From Fibrobacter sp. (lineage in GTDB: Bacteria > Fibrobacterota > Fibrobacteria > Fibrobacterales > Fibrobacteraceae), in assembly GCA_017959225.1 (NCBI GenBank), contig JAGDBD010000045.1, forward strand, positions 16,965 to 80,964: DNA of 64,000 nt, in the 5' to 3' direction. The position numbers were made by a program, and so were the translations under genes. A model generated the notes under the pieces. The model was not told the origin of the DNA and ran no database searches. It was given only the letters and a program-made list of their open reading frames with translations. Within the stretch, counting starts at the first letter, position 1. Each line of letters begins with the position of its first letter. Below, one piece after another: positions 8,267-17,311 of the stretch.

Positions 8267-10553
8267 AAAACGCTATTTGAATATTGGCATTTGGGCGTTG
8301 CTGCATATCGCTCTGATTGTTGCAGTGGTCCTTTCGTATCCATGGAAGATCGATCGCAATTTGTATTCTATCGTTCCGGAATCCGAAACCTCTCCGGAAA
8401 TCCATACAGCGGAAACGGTCCTTGCGGCTCGGACATCTTCCCGCATAATGCTGTTTGTGGGAGATTCGGATTTTACAGTGGCAAAAACCGCTGCCGAAAA
8501 AATCGGGCATACGCTTTTAAGCAGTAAGCAAATCGAATCCGCATCTTGGACTGTGGATCCGTCTTCGATGAAGGAAATTTCAGATTACCTGTTTGCGGAA
8601 CGCTTTGCTCTTCAAGATCCTTCTATTTTGCAAATGGACGATTCTGCTGCCGCGGATTATTTCTATAGCAAAGCGCTTTCCCGCATTTATGGAGCTTTCC
8701 CCACGAGCGACCTTTCCCGTTTGGAAGAAGACCCTTATTTGCTTTCGCAAAATGCACAAGACAGAGTGCTCTTGGGCTCTCCTCTGACGATGAGCCAAAT
8801 GACTCTGCGCGATGACTATTTGGTTGTGGAAGATTCCGGCAGAACCTACGTCTTTATTCAGGCAAAAATTTCGATGGAAACGTCGGCATTTGCTTCGGAA
8901 GATCATATTTTGGGAGTTTTGGAAGATAAAATCGAAGCTTTGCAAAAGGAATATCCGGGTTTGCGGATAGAAAAATCGGGAGTTCCTTTCCACAGCTATT
9001 CGAGCTCAGAACAGGCTCAAGTAGAAGTTGCTTGGATTTCTGGAATTTCTACCGTTGCGGTTTTGCTATTACTCTTGTTGGTGTTCCGTTCGGCGCTTCC
9101 GATTGTGACGACTCTTGCGTCGATTGGTGTTGCAATTCTTGCGGCTATCGGGGCAACACTTGCAACCTTCCATGAAATTCACATCTTTACGTTTATCTTT
9201 GGAACGAGCGTTATCGGTGTAAGTATTGACTATGCGCTGCATCATTTTGCAGATAGGGAAGCTCAGGTGAAGAGCATGCTCTTAGGCTTTATGACGACGG
9301 AACTCAGTTACATTGCGCTTGTAATTGTGGACTTCCCGATTCTCCGTCAGATGGCGTTCTTTTCTATGGTGGGGCTTGCCAGTGCGCTTCTTTCGGTGCT
9401 GCTTGTGTTCCCATTTGTGTCGGAGAAGATGGAAGGACAGGGAAATTTCCCACTGAAGATTGCACAACTCGCTTTGACGGGGTATTCGAAGCTTGAACGG
9501 ATTCCGAAAGTGGCCCGCTATATTATTTTCGTTGTAGCGGCTGCTGCTCTGATCCCCGGTTTTGTAAAGCTCAGCGTTCAAACGGACATTCGTTCCATGT
9601 ACACGGTCGCTCCAGAGCTCGGCGCTTCGGAAATGAAAGTTTCGCAGTGGATGAACATGGGGATCGCTCCCACATACTTTATTGTGAGCGGTGACTCCGA
9701 AGATGACGTTTTGAAAAAAGAAGAAGCTTTAACAGAAAAGCTCCGTGCCGCAGAAAAAGATTCTCTGTTGAAATCTCATCTTGCACTGTCGGACATTTTG
9801 CCTTCAAAAGATAGGCGCTCCCGTTTGAACGAATTGCTTTCCAAGTCTTTGCCCATCAAGTACAAGGAACTTTGCAAGCAACTGAAAATGAAACCGGTAA
9901 AAAATGCTCAGAAAAAGCTTTTGACTGCCGATGAATCGGAATTGAACTCGGGCCTTGAATCATTGCCGGGACAGCTTCAAAGCATGCGTGAAATGCTCTG
10001 GATTGGAAACGTTTCTGGAAAGTATTACAGCGCAGTCCTTCCGCAGCATGTGTCCAAAGATTTTAACCCGAAGCAGTATGCGGATCCGGAAAATGGAGTT
10101 TATGCAGTCAATAAAATCGATGAAGTGAACGGCGCTTTGACGGAACTTTCTTTGACTGCGCTTTCGCTGGTAGCTTTCGCCTATTTTGCGGTGTTCTTCA
10201 TTCTTTCTTTTGTTTATACGTGGCGAGATTCCTTGCGTGTGGTGCGCGCTCCGGTGCTCGCTTGCGTCTTTACGCTTTCTATGTTCGGCTACATGGAAAT
10301 ACCGGTTAATTTCTTTGCAATCACCGGTCTAATCCTCGTGTTGGGCATTGGAATTGATTATGCGCTTTTCTTTAAGGACTCTAGAAACCATACGGATTCG
10401 ACGGCGTTTGCGGTGATGCTTTCGGCTGCGACGACGCTGATTTCTTTTGGGACGCTTTCGTTTAGCGGATTTGCTCCGGTTTCGGTTTTGGGGCTTTCTG
10501 TGCTGCTTGGAATTTCGGTGTGCTTCTTGCTTTCACCATTTACGCGGGATTAA
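8241..10553 (+). CDS. MMPL/RND-type exporter (ApeM-like)
   Basis: Two TM bundles, each with G(V/I)(S/G)IDYAL(H/F), separated by large soluble loops. Confidence 0.88.
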   Translation: MNLNNLENKKRYLNIGIWALLHIALIVAVVLSYPWKIDRNLYSIVPESETSPEIHTAETVLAARTSSRIMLFVGDSDFTVAKTAAEKIGHTLLSSKQIESASWTVDPSSMKEISDYLFAERFALQDPSILQMDDSAAADYFYSKALSRIYGAFPTSDLSRLEEDPYLLSQNAQDRVLLGSPLTMSQMTLRDDYLVVEDSGRTYVFIQAKISMETSAFASEDHILGVLEDKIEALQKEYPGLRIEKSGVPFHSYSSSEQAQVEVAWISGISTVAVLLLLLLVFRSALPIVTTLASIGVAILAAIGATLATFHEIHIFTFIFGTSVIGVSIDYALHHFADREAQVKSMLLGFMTTELSYIALVIVDFPILRQMAFFSMVGLASALLSVLLVFPFVSEKMEGQGNFPLKIAQLALTGYSKLERIPKVARYIIFVVAAAALIPGFVKLSVQTDIRSMYTVAPELGASEMKVSQWMNMGIAPTYFIVSGDSEDDVLKKEEALTEKLRAAEKDSLLKSHLALSDILPSKDRRSRLNELLSKSLPIKYKELCKQLKMKPVKNAQKKLLTADESELNSGLESLPGQLQSMREMLWIGNVSGKYYSAVLPQHVSKDFNPKQYADPENGVYAVNKIDEVNGALTELSLTALSLVAFAYFAVFFILSFVYTWRDSLRVVRAPVLACVFTLSMFGYMEIPVNFFAITGLILVLGIGIDYALFFKDSRNHTDSTAFAVMLSAATTLISFGTLSFSGFAPVSVLGLSVLLGISVCFLLSPFTRD

Positions 10554-10562
10554 ATCGCTTTT

Positions 10563-10570
10563 TATATTTG
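10563..10570 (+). promoter_or_regulatory. Internal TAnnTTTG-type promoter element
   Basis: TATATTTG in the 24-nt gap between the MMPL and lipoprotein genes. Confidence 0.45.
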
Positions 10571-10577
10571 TACAAAA

Positions 10578-11174
10578 ATGTGGGAATTAAAAATGGATAG
10601 TTTGAGGAAGCTTGCGCCTGTGCTTTTGGCATTTGCGCTGTCTGCTTGTACTTCCCATTCCGTGGTGGCTAAGAATGCGGCAAAGGTCTATTATTCCGAT
10701 TCCCGCTACATTCAGTTGATCGATCCCCAGGAAAGTAAAATCGCTGTGGAAGAAAACCAGCAGATGACAGGAAGCTACGGCGAAAAAAAGTTTTCTGGCG
10801 AATCCTGGATGCTTTTGAACGATACCACTGTGCACATGATGCTTTTTAGCTCTATGGGAAACACCATTGCAGAGCTTGTGTACACAAAGGATTCCCTTGC
10901 GTTTAACAGCAAATGGATGAATGCAGAAAAGATGAAACCCGAATATATCGTTGCGGACATCCAATTCTGCTATTATCCGGCGCAAGTTCTCGAAAAAAAC
11001 TTCCGGGCTGCGGGATTTTCTTTTGTAGAAAATCAGCAAGGTGAAGTTTTACTTCGTACCCTTTCCGACGGGGAAACTTTAATTTTAAAAATGGAAAAGA
11101 ACGGTAACAAAATCTTTTTGGAAAACGTCCTTCGCCATTACAGCTATCAAATCGTATCCGAGAAAAAAGAATGA
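10578..11174 (+). CDS. DUF3261-like lipoprotein (ApeN-like)
   Basis: Lipobox LLAFALSAC (the start may be ATG 10593), YIVADIQFCYYP, and synteny. Confidence 0.7.
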   Translation: MWELKMDSLRKLAPVLLAFALSACTSHSVVAKNAAKVYYSDSRYIQLIDPQESKIAVEENQQMTGSYGEKKFSGESWMLLNDTTVHMMLFSSMGNTIAELVYTKDSLAFNSKWMNAEKMKPEYIVADIQFCYYPAQVLEKNFRAAGFSFVENQQGEVLLRTLSDGETLILKMEKNGNKIFLENVLRHYSYQIVSEKKE

Positions 11175-12355
11175 GCGCTCCTTTGTACATTCATGATTTT
11201 GCACTTTGCTCGGCTCTAGGCTCAGAAAAAAAGAGCATTTGGCAGGCTTTGAAAAATGGAAGTCGTCCGCCGTTTATTCAAAAGACGTTCCGTGCAAAAG
11301 AACGCTACGCGGTTGAAATTCCAGAGGATACTCTGCCGAAGGTTGCAGATCCCTATTACGACAACCATGTGAACCGTCTTTCGGAATTGGTTCTTTCGCA
11401 AATCGAAGATTCTGTGCGCAGTGCAATCGCGGAATATGGTAAGGATCGTATCGGAGTATTTATCGGTTCAAGCGATAACGGTTCGGAAGCGTCACTTGCT
11501 GGGCTTGAATCCTTTCAAAAAACAGGAGCTTACCCGGAAAGTTATGAACTCAAAATGCAACAAGCGGATTTTGCCGCGGAATTTATTGCCAAGCGTTTTG
11601 GTTTGACGGGACCTGTTTTTACGCATTCCTCTGCATGTGCATCCAGTGCAAGCGCTTTTGCTTCTGCTAGAAACTGGCTTGAAGCGGGCTTCTGCGATGC
11701 TGCGATCGTGGGCGGTGTCGATATTGTGACGGAAACGGTGGTGCTTGGTTTTGATTCTTTGGAAGCGGTTTCCCTTGCTCCGACGATTCCTTTTAGCAAA
11801 AATCGGACGGGCCTTACAATCGGAGATGGGGCTGCTTACTTCCTCATTTCCAAAAAGCCGGGTAACGCAAAAATCAAGGTGATTGGAATTGGTGAAAGTG
11901 CCGATGCGGATCATGTGACTGCTCCCCGTGCCGATGGCGAAGGCGCTGTACAAGCCATTGAAAAAGCTTTGAACGATGCTGGAATTTCTGCTGCCGATAT
12001 CGATTATATCAATTTGCACGGAACTGGTACCAAATTGAACGACGCCATGGAAAGCGTTGCCGTGAACCGTGTTTTTGGAAACGGCACCCCGGCAAGTTCC
12101 ACAAAAGGATTGACCGGTCACACCCTTGGTGCTGCCGGTGCATTAGAAGCGGCTTTCTGCTGCTTAACGCTTTCGGAAGACAATGCAGAACACGCACTCC
12201 CTGCGCATTTCTTTGATGGGGAACGGGACCCGTCCCTTCCGCAGATTCGCCTTGTTAATGCCGGAGAAACGTCTGAACGGTTGAACATTTGCATGAGCAA
12301 CTCCTTTGGCTTTGGCGGTTGCAATGTTTCGCTTATCCTTTCGAGGAATGTCTAA
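11171..12355 (+). CDS. Beta-ketoacyl-ACP synthase (ApeO-like)
   Basis: Catalytic SACASS, HGTGT and GHTLGAAG, plus SNSFGFGG. Confidence 0.92.
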   Translation: MSAPLYIHDFALCSALGSEKKSIWQALKNGSRPPFIQKTFRAKERYAVEIPEDTLPKVADPYYDNHVNRLSELVLSQIEDSVRSAIAEYGKDRIGVFIGSSDNGSEASLAGLESFQKTGAYPESYELKMQQADFAAEFIAKRFGLTGPVFTHSSACASSASAFASARNWLEAGFCDAAIVGGVDIVTETVVLGFDSLEAVSLAPTIPFSKNRTGLTIGDGAAYFLISKKPGNAKIKVIGIGESADADHVTAPRADGEGAVQAIEKALNDAGISAADIDYINLHGTGTKLNDAMESVAVNRVFGNGTPASSTKGLTGHTLGAAGALEAAFCCLTLSEDNAEHALPAHFFDGERDPSLPQIRLVNAGETSERLNICMSNSFGFGGCNVSLILSRNV

Positions 12356-12819
12356 TGACTGAATTTGATACACATGAAAAAGTAGCGTCACTGGTTCCCC
12401 ACAAAGGTCACATGCATCTGTTGGACCGCGTTCTCGCATACAACTTTGAAAATGCGGAAATTGAAACGGAAGTGGACATTACCGACAAAAGCATGTTCTA
12501 TGAAGAATCTTACGGTGGAGTCCCTGTTTGGATAGGCTTTGAATATATGGCCCAGAGCGTTTCTGCCATGACGGGCCTTGTGGGGTTAGAAACTCATACC
12601 CCTCCGCAGATGGGATTCATTTTAAGCGTTACCAACTTCCGGTCAGAAAAGAATGTTTTTCCTGTAGGTTCTACGGTTCGCATTTGGGTTCGTCAAACGG
12701 TTCGCATGGATATGGCGGTTACCTTCGAAGGAAAAATTTTTATTGGAAATGAACTGGTTGTTTCTGCAACGATGAATACAATCGAAGTGGACGATCCGAA
12801 AAAAGCTTTAGGAGTATAA
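12355..12819 (+). CDS. Hotdog 3-hydroxyacyl-ACP dehydratase (ApeP-like)
   Basis: LVPHKGHMHLLD and EYMAQS. Starts at a TAATG overlap. Confidence 0.88.
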   Translation: MTEFDTHEKVASLVPHKGHMHLLDRVLAYNFENAEIETEVDITDKSMFYEESYGGVPVWIGFEYMAQSVSAMTGLVGLETHTPPQMGFILSVTNFRSEKNVFPVGSTVRIWVRQTVRMDMAVTFEGKIFIGNELVVSATMNTIEVDDPKKALGV

Positions 12820-12821
12820 TT

Positions 12822-13541
12822 ATGGATGATGTAAAAAGAGTTCTCGTTACCGGTGCAAGCGGTGGAATTGGACTTGCGATTGTCAAAGCGGTCCTTGCTG
12901 CGGGCTATCACGTGGTGGCGCATTATAACAGTCATGCAGAAGCTTTAGAAGAACTTCAAAAAGAATTTGGAGATCAAATTCAGCTGCTCCAATTTAATGT
13001 GGCGGATCGAGAAAATTGCAAAAACATTCTTGAAAATGATGTCAAGACGAACGGGGCCTATTTTGGAGTGGTCCTTTCTTCGGGCATTTGCCGAGATGCT
13101 GCATTCCCAGCGATGACGGATGAATATTGGGACAAAGTTCTGGATGTGAACTTGAATGGATTCTACAATGTTTTGCATCCCATCGTGATGCCCATGTGTC
13201 GTAAACGGAAAGGACGCATTGTGACTATCGCTTCCGTTTCGGGCGTGATCGGTAACCGTGGCCAAGTGAATTACAGCGCAAGCAAGGGCGGTATTATTGC
13301 TGCAAGTAAAGCTTTGGCAGTGGAACTTGCCAGCCGAAACATTACGGTGAACAGCATTGCTCCGGGTGTTATTGAAACGGAAATGATCAAGGACGCTCCG
13401 GTAGATATGATCTTGCCAGCAATTCCGATGCACCGTGTGGGCAAGCCGGAAGAAGTTGCCGCAACGGTTGTCTTTTTGCTTTCGGAAGGTGCGGGCTATA
13501 TTACGCGCCAAGTGATTTCTGTGAATGGAGGTCTCGCATGA
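12822..13541 (+). CDS. fabG: 3-oxoacyl-ACP reductase (ApeQ-like)
   Basis: TGASGGIG, GQVNYSASKGG and NSIAPG. Confidence 0.93.
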   Translation: MDDVKRVLVTGASGGIGLAIVKAVLAAGYHVVAHYNSHAEALEELQKEFGDQIQLLQFNVADRENCKNILENDVKTNGAYFGVVLSSGICRDAAFPAMTDEYWDKVLDVNLNGFYNVLHPIVMPMCRKRKGRIVTIASVSGVIGNRGQVNYSASKGGIIAASKALAVELASRNITVNSIAPGVIETEMIKDAPVDMILPAIPMHRVGKPEEVAATVVFLLSEGAGYITRQVISVNGGLA

Positions 13542-14764
13542 CCCGTCGTGTTGTTGTTACAGGTGGTTCTGCTCTTTCGCCCCTCGGTTTGGAAGACGAT
13601 GCAATTTTTGAAAGACTGCACAAGTATGAAAACTGTGTCGTTCACATGCCGGATTGGGATAAGTACGAACAAATTAATACGCGTTTGGCGGCTCCCATTC
13701 CTTTTGCAATTCCGGAATTTTCCCGTAAGATGATGCGTGGCATGGGGCGCGTGGCTCAAATGGCTTATGCGACTGCGGAACAAGCCTTGATCAAAGCGGG
13801 TTATGATTTGGACGATCCAGAACTTAAAGCGGGTCGTGTGGGCGTTGCTTATGGATCTTCCATGGGTAATTTTGAAGCCATTAAAGAATTCATGTCCATG
13901 ATCATGGACAATGATTCTACAAAGATTACCGCCACTTCTTACATTCGTTGCATGCCGCAGACTTGTGCTGTAAACATCAGTGTGTTGCTCGGTTTAACAG
14001 GTCGTTTGATTACCACGAATACCGCTTGCACAGCGGGAAGCCTTTCCATCGGTTACGCTGCAGAAGCGATTGCAAATGGAGAACAGGACGTGATGATTGC
14101 TGGTGGTGCAGAAGAAATGAACCCCACATGCTCCGCAGTGTTCGACGTTCTTTTTGCGACGAGTGTCAAAAATGATACTCCGAAAATCACACCGGCGTCT
14201 TATGACCGCGACCGAGACGGCCTTGTGGTCGGCGAAGGCGCTGGCTCCGTAATCCTTGAAGAATATGAACATGCAAAGGCTCGTGGTGCGCACATTTACG
14301 CAGAACTTGTAGGTTTCGGTACCAATACAGACGGCAATCATTTGACAAATCCTAAAAAGGAAACGATGCAGATTGCTCTAGAACTTGCTATGAAAAAGGC
14401 AGGAATCGGTCCGGAACAGATTGGATATGTGAACGGACACGGTACAGCAACCAAGAGCGGCGACATTGCAGAATCCCAAGCGACTTTCGGAGCTTTCAAA
14501 GGCCGAGCGGTTCCGCTCAGCACTTTAAAAACTTACATCGGTCATTCGCTGGGCGCATGCGGCGGCATTGAAGCTTGGCTTTCCATTTTGATGATGAACC
14601 GCAAATGGTTCGCTCCGAACCTGAATTTGAAAAATGTGGACCCGGCTTGCGCTCCGTTGGATTACATCACTGGAGAAGGTCGCGAAATTGACACGGAATA
14701 TGTGATGTCCAATAATTTCGCATTCGGTGGAATCAACACGTCGCTGATCTTTAAGCGCGTGTAA
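13538..14764 (+). CDS. fabF: Beta-ketoacyl-ACP synthase II (ApeR-like)
   Basis: TACTAG, HGTAT, GHSLGACG and SNNFAFGG. Confidence 0.92.
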   Translation: MTRRVVVTGGSALSPLGLEDDAIFERLHKYENCVVHMPDWDKYEQINTRLAAPIPFAIPEFSRKMMRGMGRVAQMAYATAEQALIKAGYDLDDPELKAGRVGVAYGSSMGNFEAIKEFMSMIMDNDSTKITATSYIRCMPQTCAVNISVLLGLTGRLITTNTACTAGSLSIGYAAEAIANGEQDVMIAGGAEEMNPTCSAVFDVLFATSVKNDTPKITPASYDRDRDGLVVGEGAGSVILEEYEHAKARGAHIYAELVGFGTNTDGNHLTNPKKETMQIALELAMKKAGIGPEQIGYVNGHGTATKSGDIAESQATFGAFKGRAVPLSTLKTYIGHSLGACGGIEAWLSILMMNRKWFAPNLNLKNVDPACAPLDYITGEGREIDTEYVMSNNFAFGGINTSLIFKRV

Positions 14765-15560
14765 AATCCACCGGATTTTCCGGATCGTTTTTACGGCAGT
14801 TTTCAAACGTAACCCGCAGCTCTTCCGTTAAAAGGTTTACTGCTGAGGGTTCCGGGTGAGAACTGTATTTTTTTGTATCGATTTGCTCTAAAATATCGAC
14901 GTTGTAATGGTAACATTCTGTCGGGTGGAAGCTAAAGTATTTATCATGCTTGCGCAGCCCGATTTTTTCGTTTCCCCCGATGTATATGGGTTGAACCTTG
15001 TGATACCCGTGCAGAGCAAAACGGGATGCTCCTTTTTTCAACTGCAAAGGTTCTCCAGGCCGCGTACGAGTTCCTTCTGGGAAAATGATCAAGGATTCCC
15101 CCTGATTCATTCCTTCTGTGGCACGGGCCATTTGATCATCAAAGGAAAGGGAATTTGGAATAAAAAGCGTATTCACCACGTTGTGAATAAACGGCGTTTT
15201 TCCGAGAGAGCCTTTGACAATGCAGTTTACATTGGGAACGATGGAAAACAGCACCACCACATCTAACAGCGACGGATGATTTGCCACGACAACGCAGGAG
15301 TGAATATCCTTCAAACGTTCTGCATGGTGAATTTTCACTTTTAAAATGCTGAGAGCTGTCATTTCGCCCACGTAAATTTTAAACCATCGGAGGTTCACTG
15401 CGCGAGCCATTTTTTTGAACTTTTCCTTGTTAAATCCGGAAAGCAAAAAAATCAGCGGGAATAAGCAAGAAAAAAGGGCGCTCGCTCCACCAAATGTGGC
15501 GTAAGCAATCACTTTGGCGATTAAACGCCAAACGTAAACGATTCGTTGTAGCGGTTTCAT
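14751..15560 (-). CDS. PlsC-type acyltransferase (ApeD-like)
   Basis: NHPSLLD and FPEGTR. The true start is MKPLQ at 15560 (ATGA overlap). Confidence 0.88.
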   Translation of the reverse strand: MKPLQRIVYVWRLIAKVIAYATFGGASALFSCLFPLIFLLSGFNKEKFKKMARAVNLRWFKIYVGEMTALSILKVKIHHAERLKDIHSCVVVANHPSLLDVVVLFSIVPNVNCIVKGSLGKTPFIHNVVNTLFIPNSLSFDDQMARATEGMNQGESLIIFPEGTRTRPGEPLQLKKGASRFALHGYHKVQPIYIGGNEKIGLRKHDKYFSFHPTECYHYNVDILEQIDTKKYSSHPEPSAVNLLTEELRVTFENCRKNDPENPVDFTRA

Positions 15561-16162
15561 TGTGAAAGCCGAGTCTTTAAAAATGTCAAAGCTTGGTCCG
15601 CGGCGGAATTGCCTTCGGGAAGCGGAGAAAGATCCAGTTCGCAGATCGCATCTTGGGGATCTGTGGAAAGTCGAATTGCAAGAGCGCACACCGTATTCGG
15701 ATAATGGGAAATCGAGGCGTACGCTTCTGGCAAACGTTCATCTGCAAACACAAAAATGCGTTCTTTTTCTCGACCGGAAAGAAGCGGCGCAGCCGCTTCC
15801 TTCAAACCGTTTTCAAAGGACTTTTTGCCTGCAAAAACTGCGCTGTATCCGGCCATGTTCTTTTCGGTAATCGACGCCGCAGAAACAGGGGCGTTAAAAA
15901 CCGAAAGGCTGAACTGCGCCGGCGAAACTTCGCCCGTAGCCAAAATCCCTTCCGAAATTTTGTACTGCCGTACGATTTCGCCAAATTCGGATGCGAACGT
16001 CATGTGTACAGGAGGAAGCCCTTCTGAAACTTCGTGGACCGTATAGACAACCATTTTCGTGGCAGCGCTTAAACGTCTACGAAAAAGCATCGGCACAAAA
16101 GCGAGCTTTGGCAGATTCTCGGCGTCTGTCCAGGCAGAGAATTTTTTGACGTAGAGACTCAT
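15557..16162 (-). CDS. Ketosynthase chain-length factor (ApeC-like)
   Basis: RRRLSAATKM, FASEFGE and VSPAQFSLSVFNA; no catalytic Cys. Confidence 0.85.
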   Translation of the reverse strand: MSLYVKKFSAWTDAENLPKLAFVPMLFRRRLSAATKMVVYTVHEVSEGLPPVHMTFASEFGEIVRQYKISEGILATGEVSPAQFSLSVFNAPVSAASITEKNMAGYSAVFAGKKSFENGLKEAAAPLLSGREKERIFVFADERLPEAYASISHYPNTVCALAIRLSTDPQDAICELDLSPLPEGNSAADQALTFLKTRLSQ

Positions 16163-17250
16163 TTTTTGCGGAAACGGAAAAGGGTGTAGCAGTTGATGCC
16201 CAAGTTGTGATGGGCTTCCTTCAGTTCAAAGCCGCCGTCTTCAATTGCGTTCTTCAATTCGTCAAAGCGGTACATTTTGCTGTTGCCGTTTGCGATGCAT
16301 GTGAAGTAGAGAGATGTCGCTTGGAGCGAATAGGCTGCGGCTTCAAAACGCTGCTTGTCCCAGATCGGTTCTAGCACGTAAATGTCGGTTTCTGCGCTGG
16401 CTGCCGGGTGAATCTTTTTTAGAATCTTTGTAATCTGGTGCAGGGAGAAGCAGTCCAAAAATTGGCTCATCCAAATGGCGTCTGCGCCTTTCGGAAATTC
16501 CGTTGTGCTGTCGAGAACGTTGCACGGAATCGTGGAAATGCGATTTTCAAATCCGGCTGCTTTTGCGTTCTTTTCGGCTACAGCGGTTTGGCCCGGAAGG
16601 TCAATAATGGAAACTTGAACATCCGGATTGTACTTGCAGCATTGGATTGCCCATTTGGCGGTGTTGCCGCCGATGTCGAACAAACGTTTGACCGGCTTCG
16701 AATAAACGATGGGAAGCGCTTCCGGGAAAGCGAGATCCGAATAGAAATGGTCGAATCCGAACCAGCTTTTTTTGAACTGGTCGCTGCACTGGGAAAGGCC
16801 TTCGTAAACAGTCGTCCATTTGCCGAAGTGCTTAAGTCCTTCCGGTTTTCCGTTCTTAATGGAGTCGGCCAAATCGTCTGCACCTGCGTAACAGACGTCT
16901 TCCGAAAAGTCCATGTTTACACGGGTCATGTCGTCGGTCATTACAAAGAATCCGACTTTGCTGAGCGTGTAAAGAAGGTTATCTTCCGGGGATTCCTTTT
17001 TGAGCTTCAGCATGCCCATGCCGAGCCCCATTTCCATGAGTACTCCGACGCCGTATTCGGAAAGTCCTGTTTTTTCAGAAATCTCTTTGACGGTAATGCC
17101 CTTGCGACGGGCTTTGCTTACAAGTTCCAAAATGCCGAAGTCCCGAAGTGCGCGGGCAGCTTGGAACGAAAGAGGTGCAAACGCGATTTTCTGAGCTTCG
17201 AATTTCGCGTTGACAGCGTCGATATCATCTTGATAATAAGATTCAAACAT
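16159..17250 (-). CDS. SAM-dependent O-methyltransferase (ApeB-like)
   Basis: Starts AQKIAFAPLSFQAARALRDFGIL; has DIGGNTAKWA and MSQFLDCFS. Confidence 0.88.
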   Translation of the reverse strand: MFESYYQDDIDAVNAKFEAQKIAFAPLSFQAARALRDFGILELVSKARRKGITVKEISEKTGLSEYGVGVLMEMGLGMGMLKLKKESPEDNLLYTLSKVGFFVMTDDMTRVNMDFSEDVCYAGADDLADSIKNGKPEGLKHFGKWTTVYEGLSQCSDQFKKSWFGFDHFYSDLAFPEALPIVYSKPVKRLFDIGGNTAKWAIQCCKYNPDVQVSIIDLPGQTAVAEKNAKAAGFENRISTIPCNVLDSTTEFPKGADAIWMSQFLDCFSLHQITKILKKIHPAASAETDIYVLEPIWDKQRFEAAAYSLQATSLYFTCIANGNSKMYRFDELKNAIEDGGFELKEAHHNLGINCYTLFRFRKK

Positions 17251-17272
17251 AAAAATAAGTCCCCAATGCAGG

Positions 17273-17299
17273 AAAAAGGCCTGCCTCCCAAGCAGGCCT
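17273..17299 (-). terminator. Rho-independent terminator after lysC
   Basis: Stem AGGCCTGC/GCAGGCCT with an A-run on its left. Confidence 0.65.
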
Positions 17300-17311
17300 C
17301 ATTGAATATAA

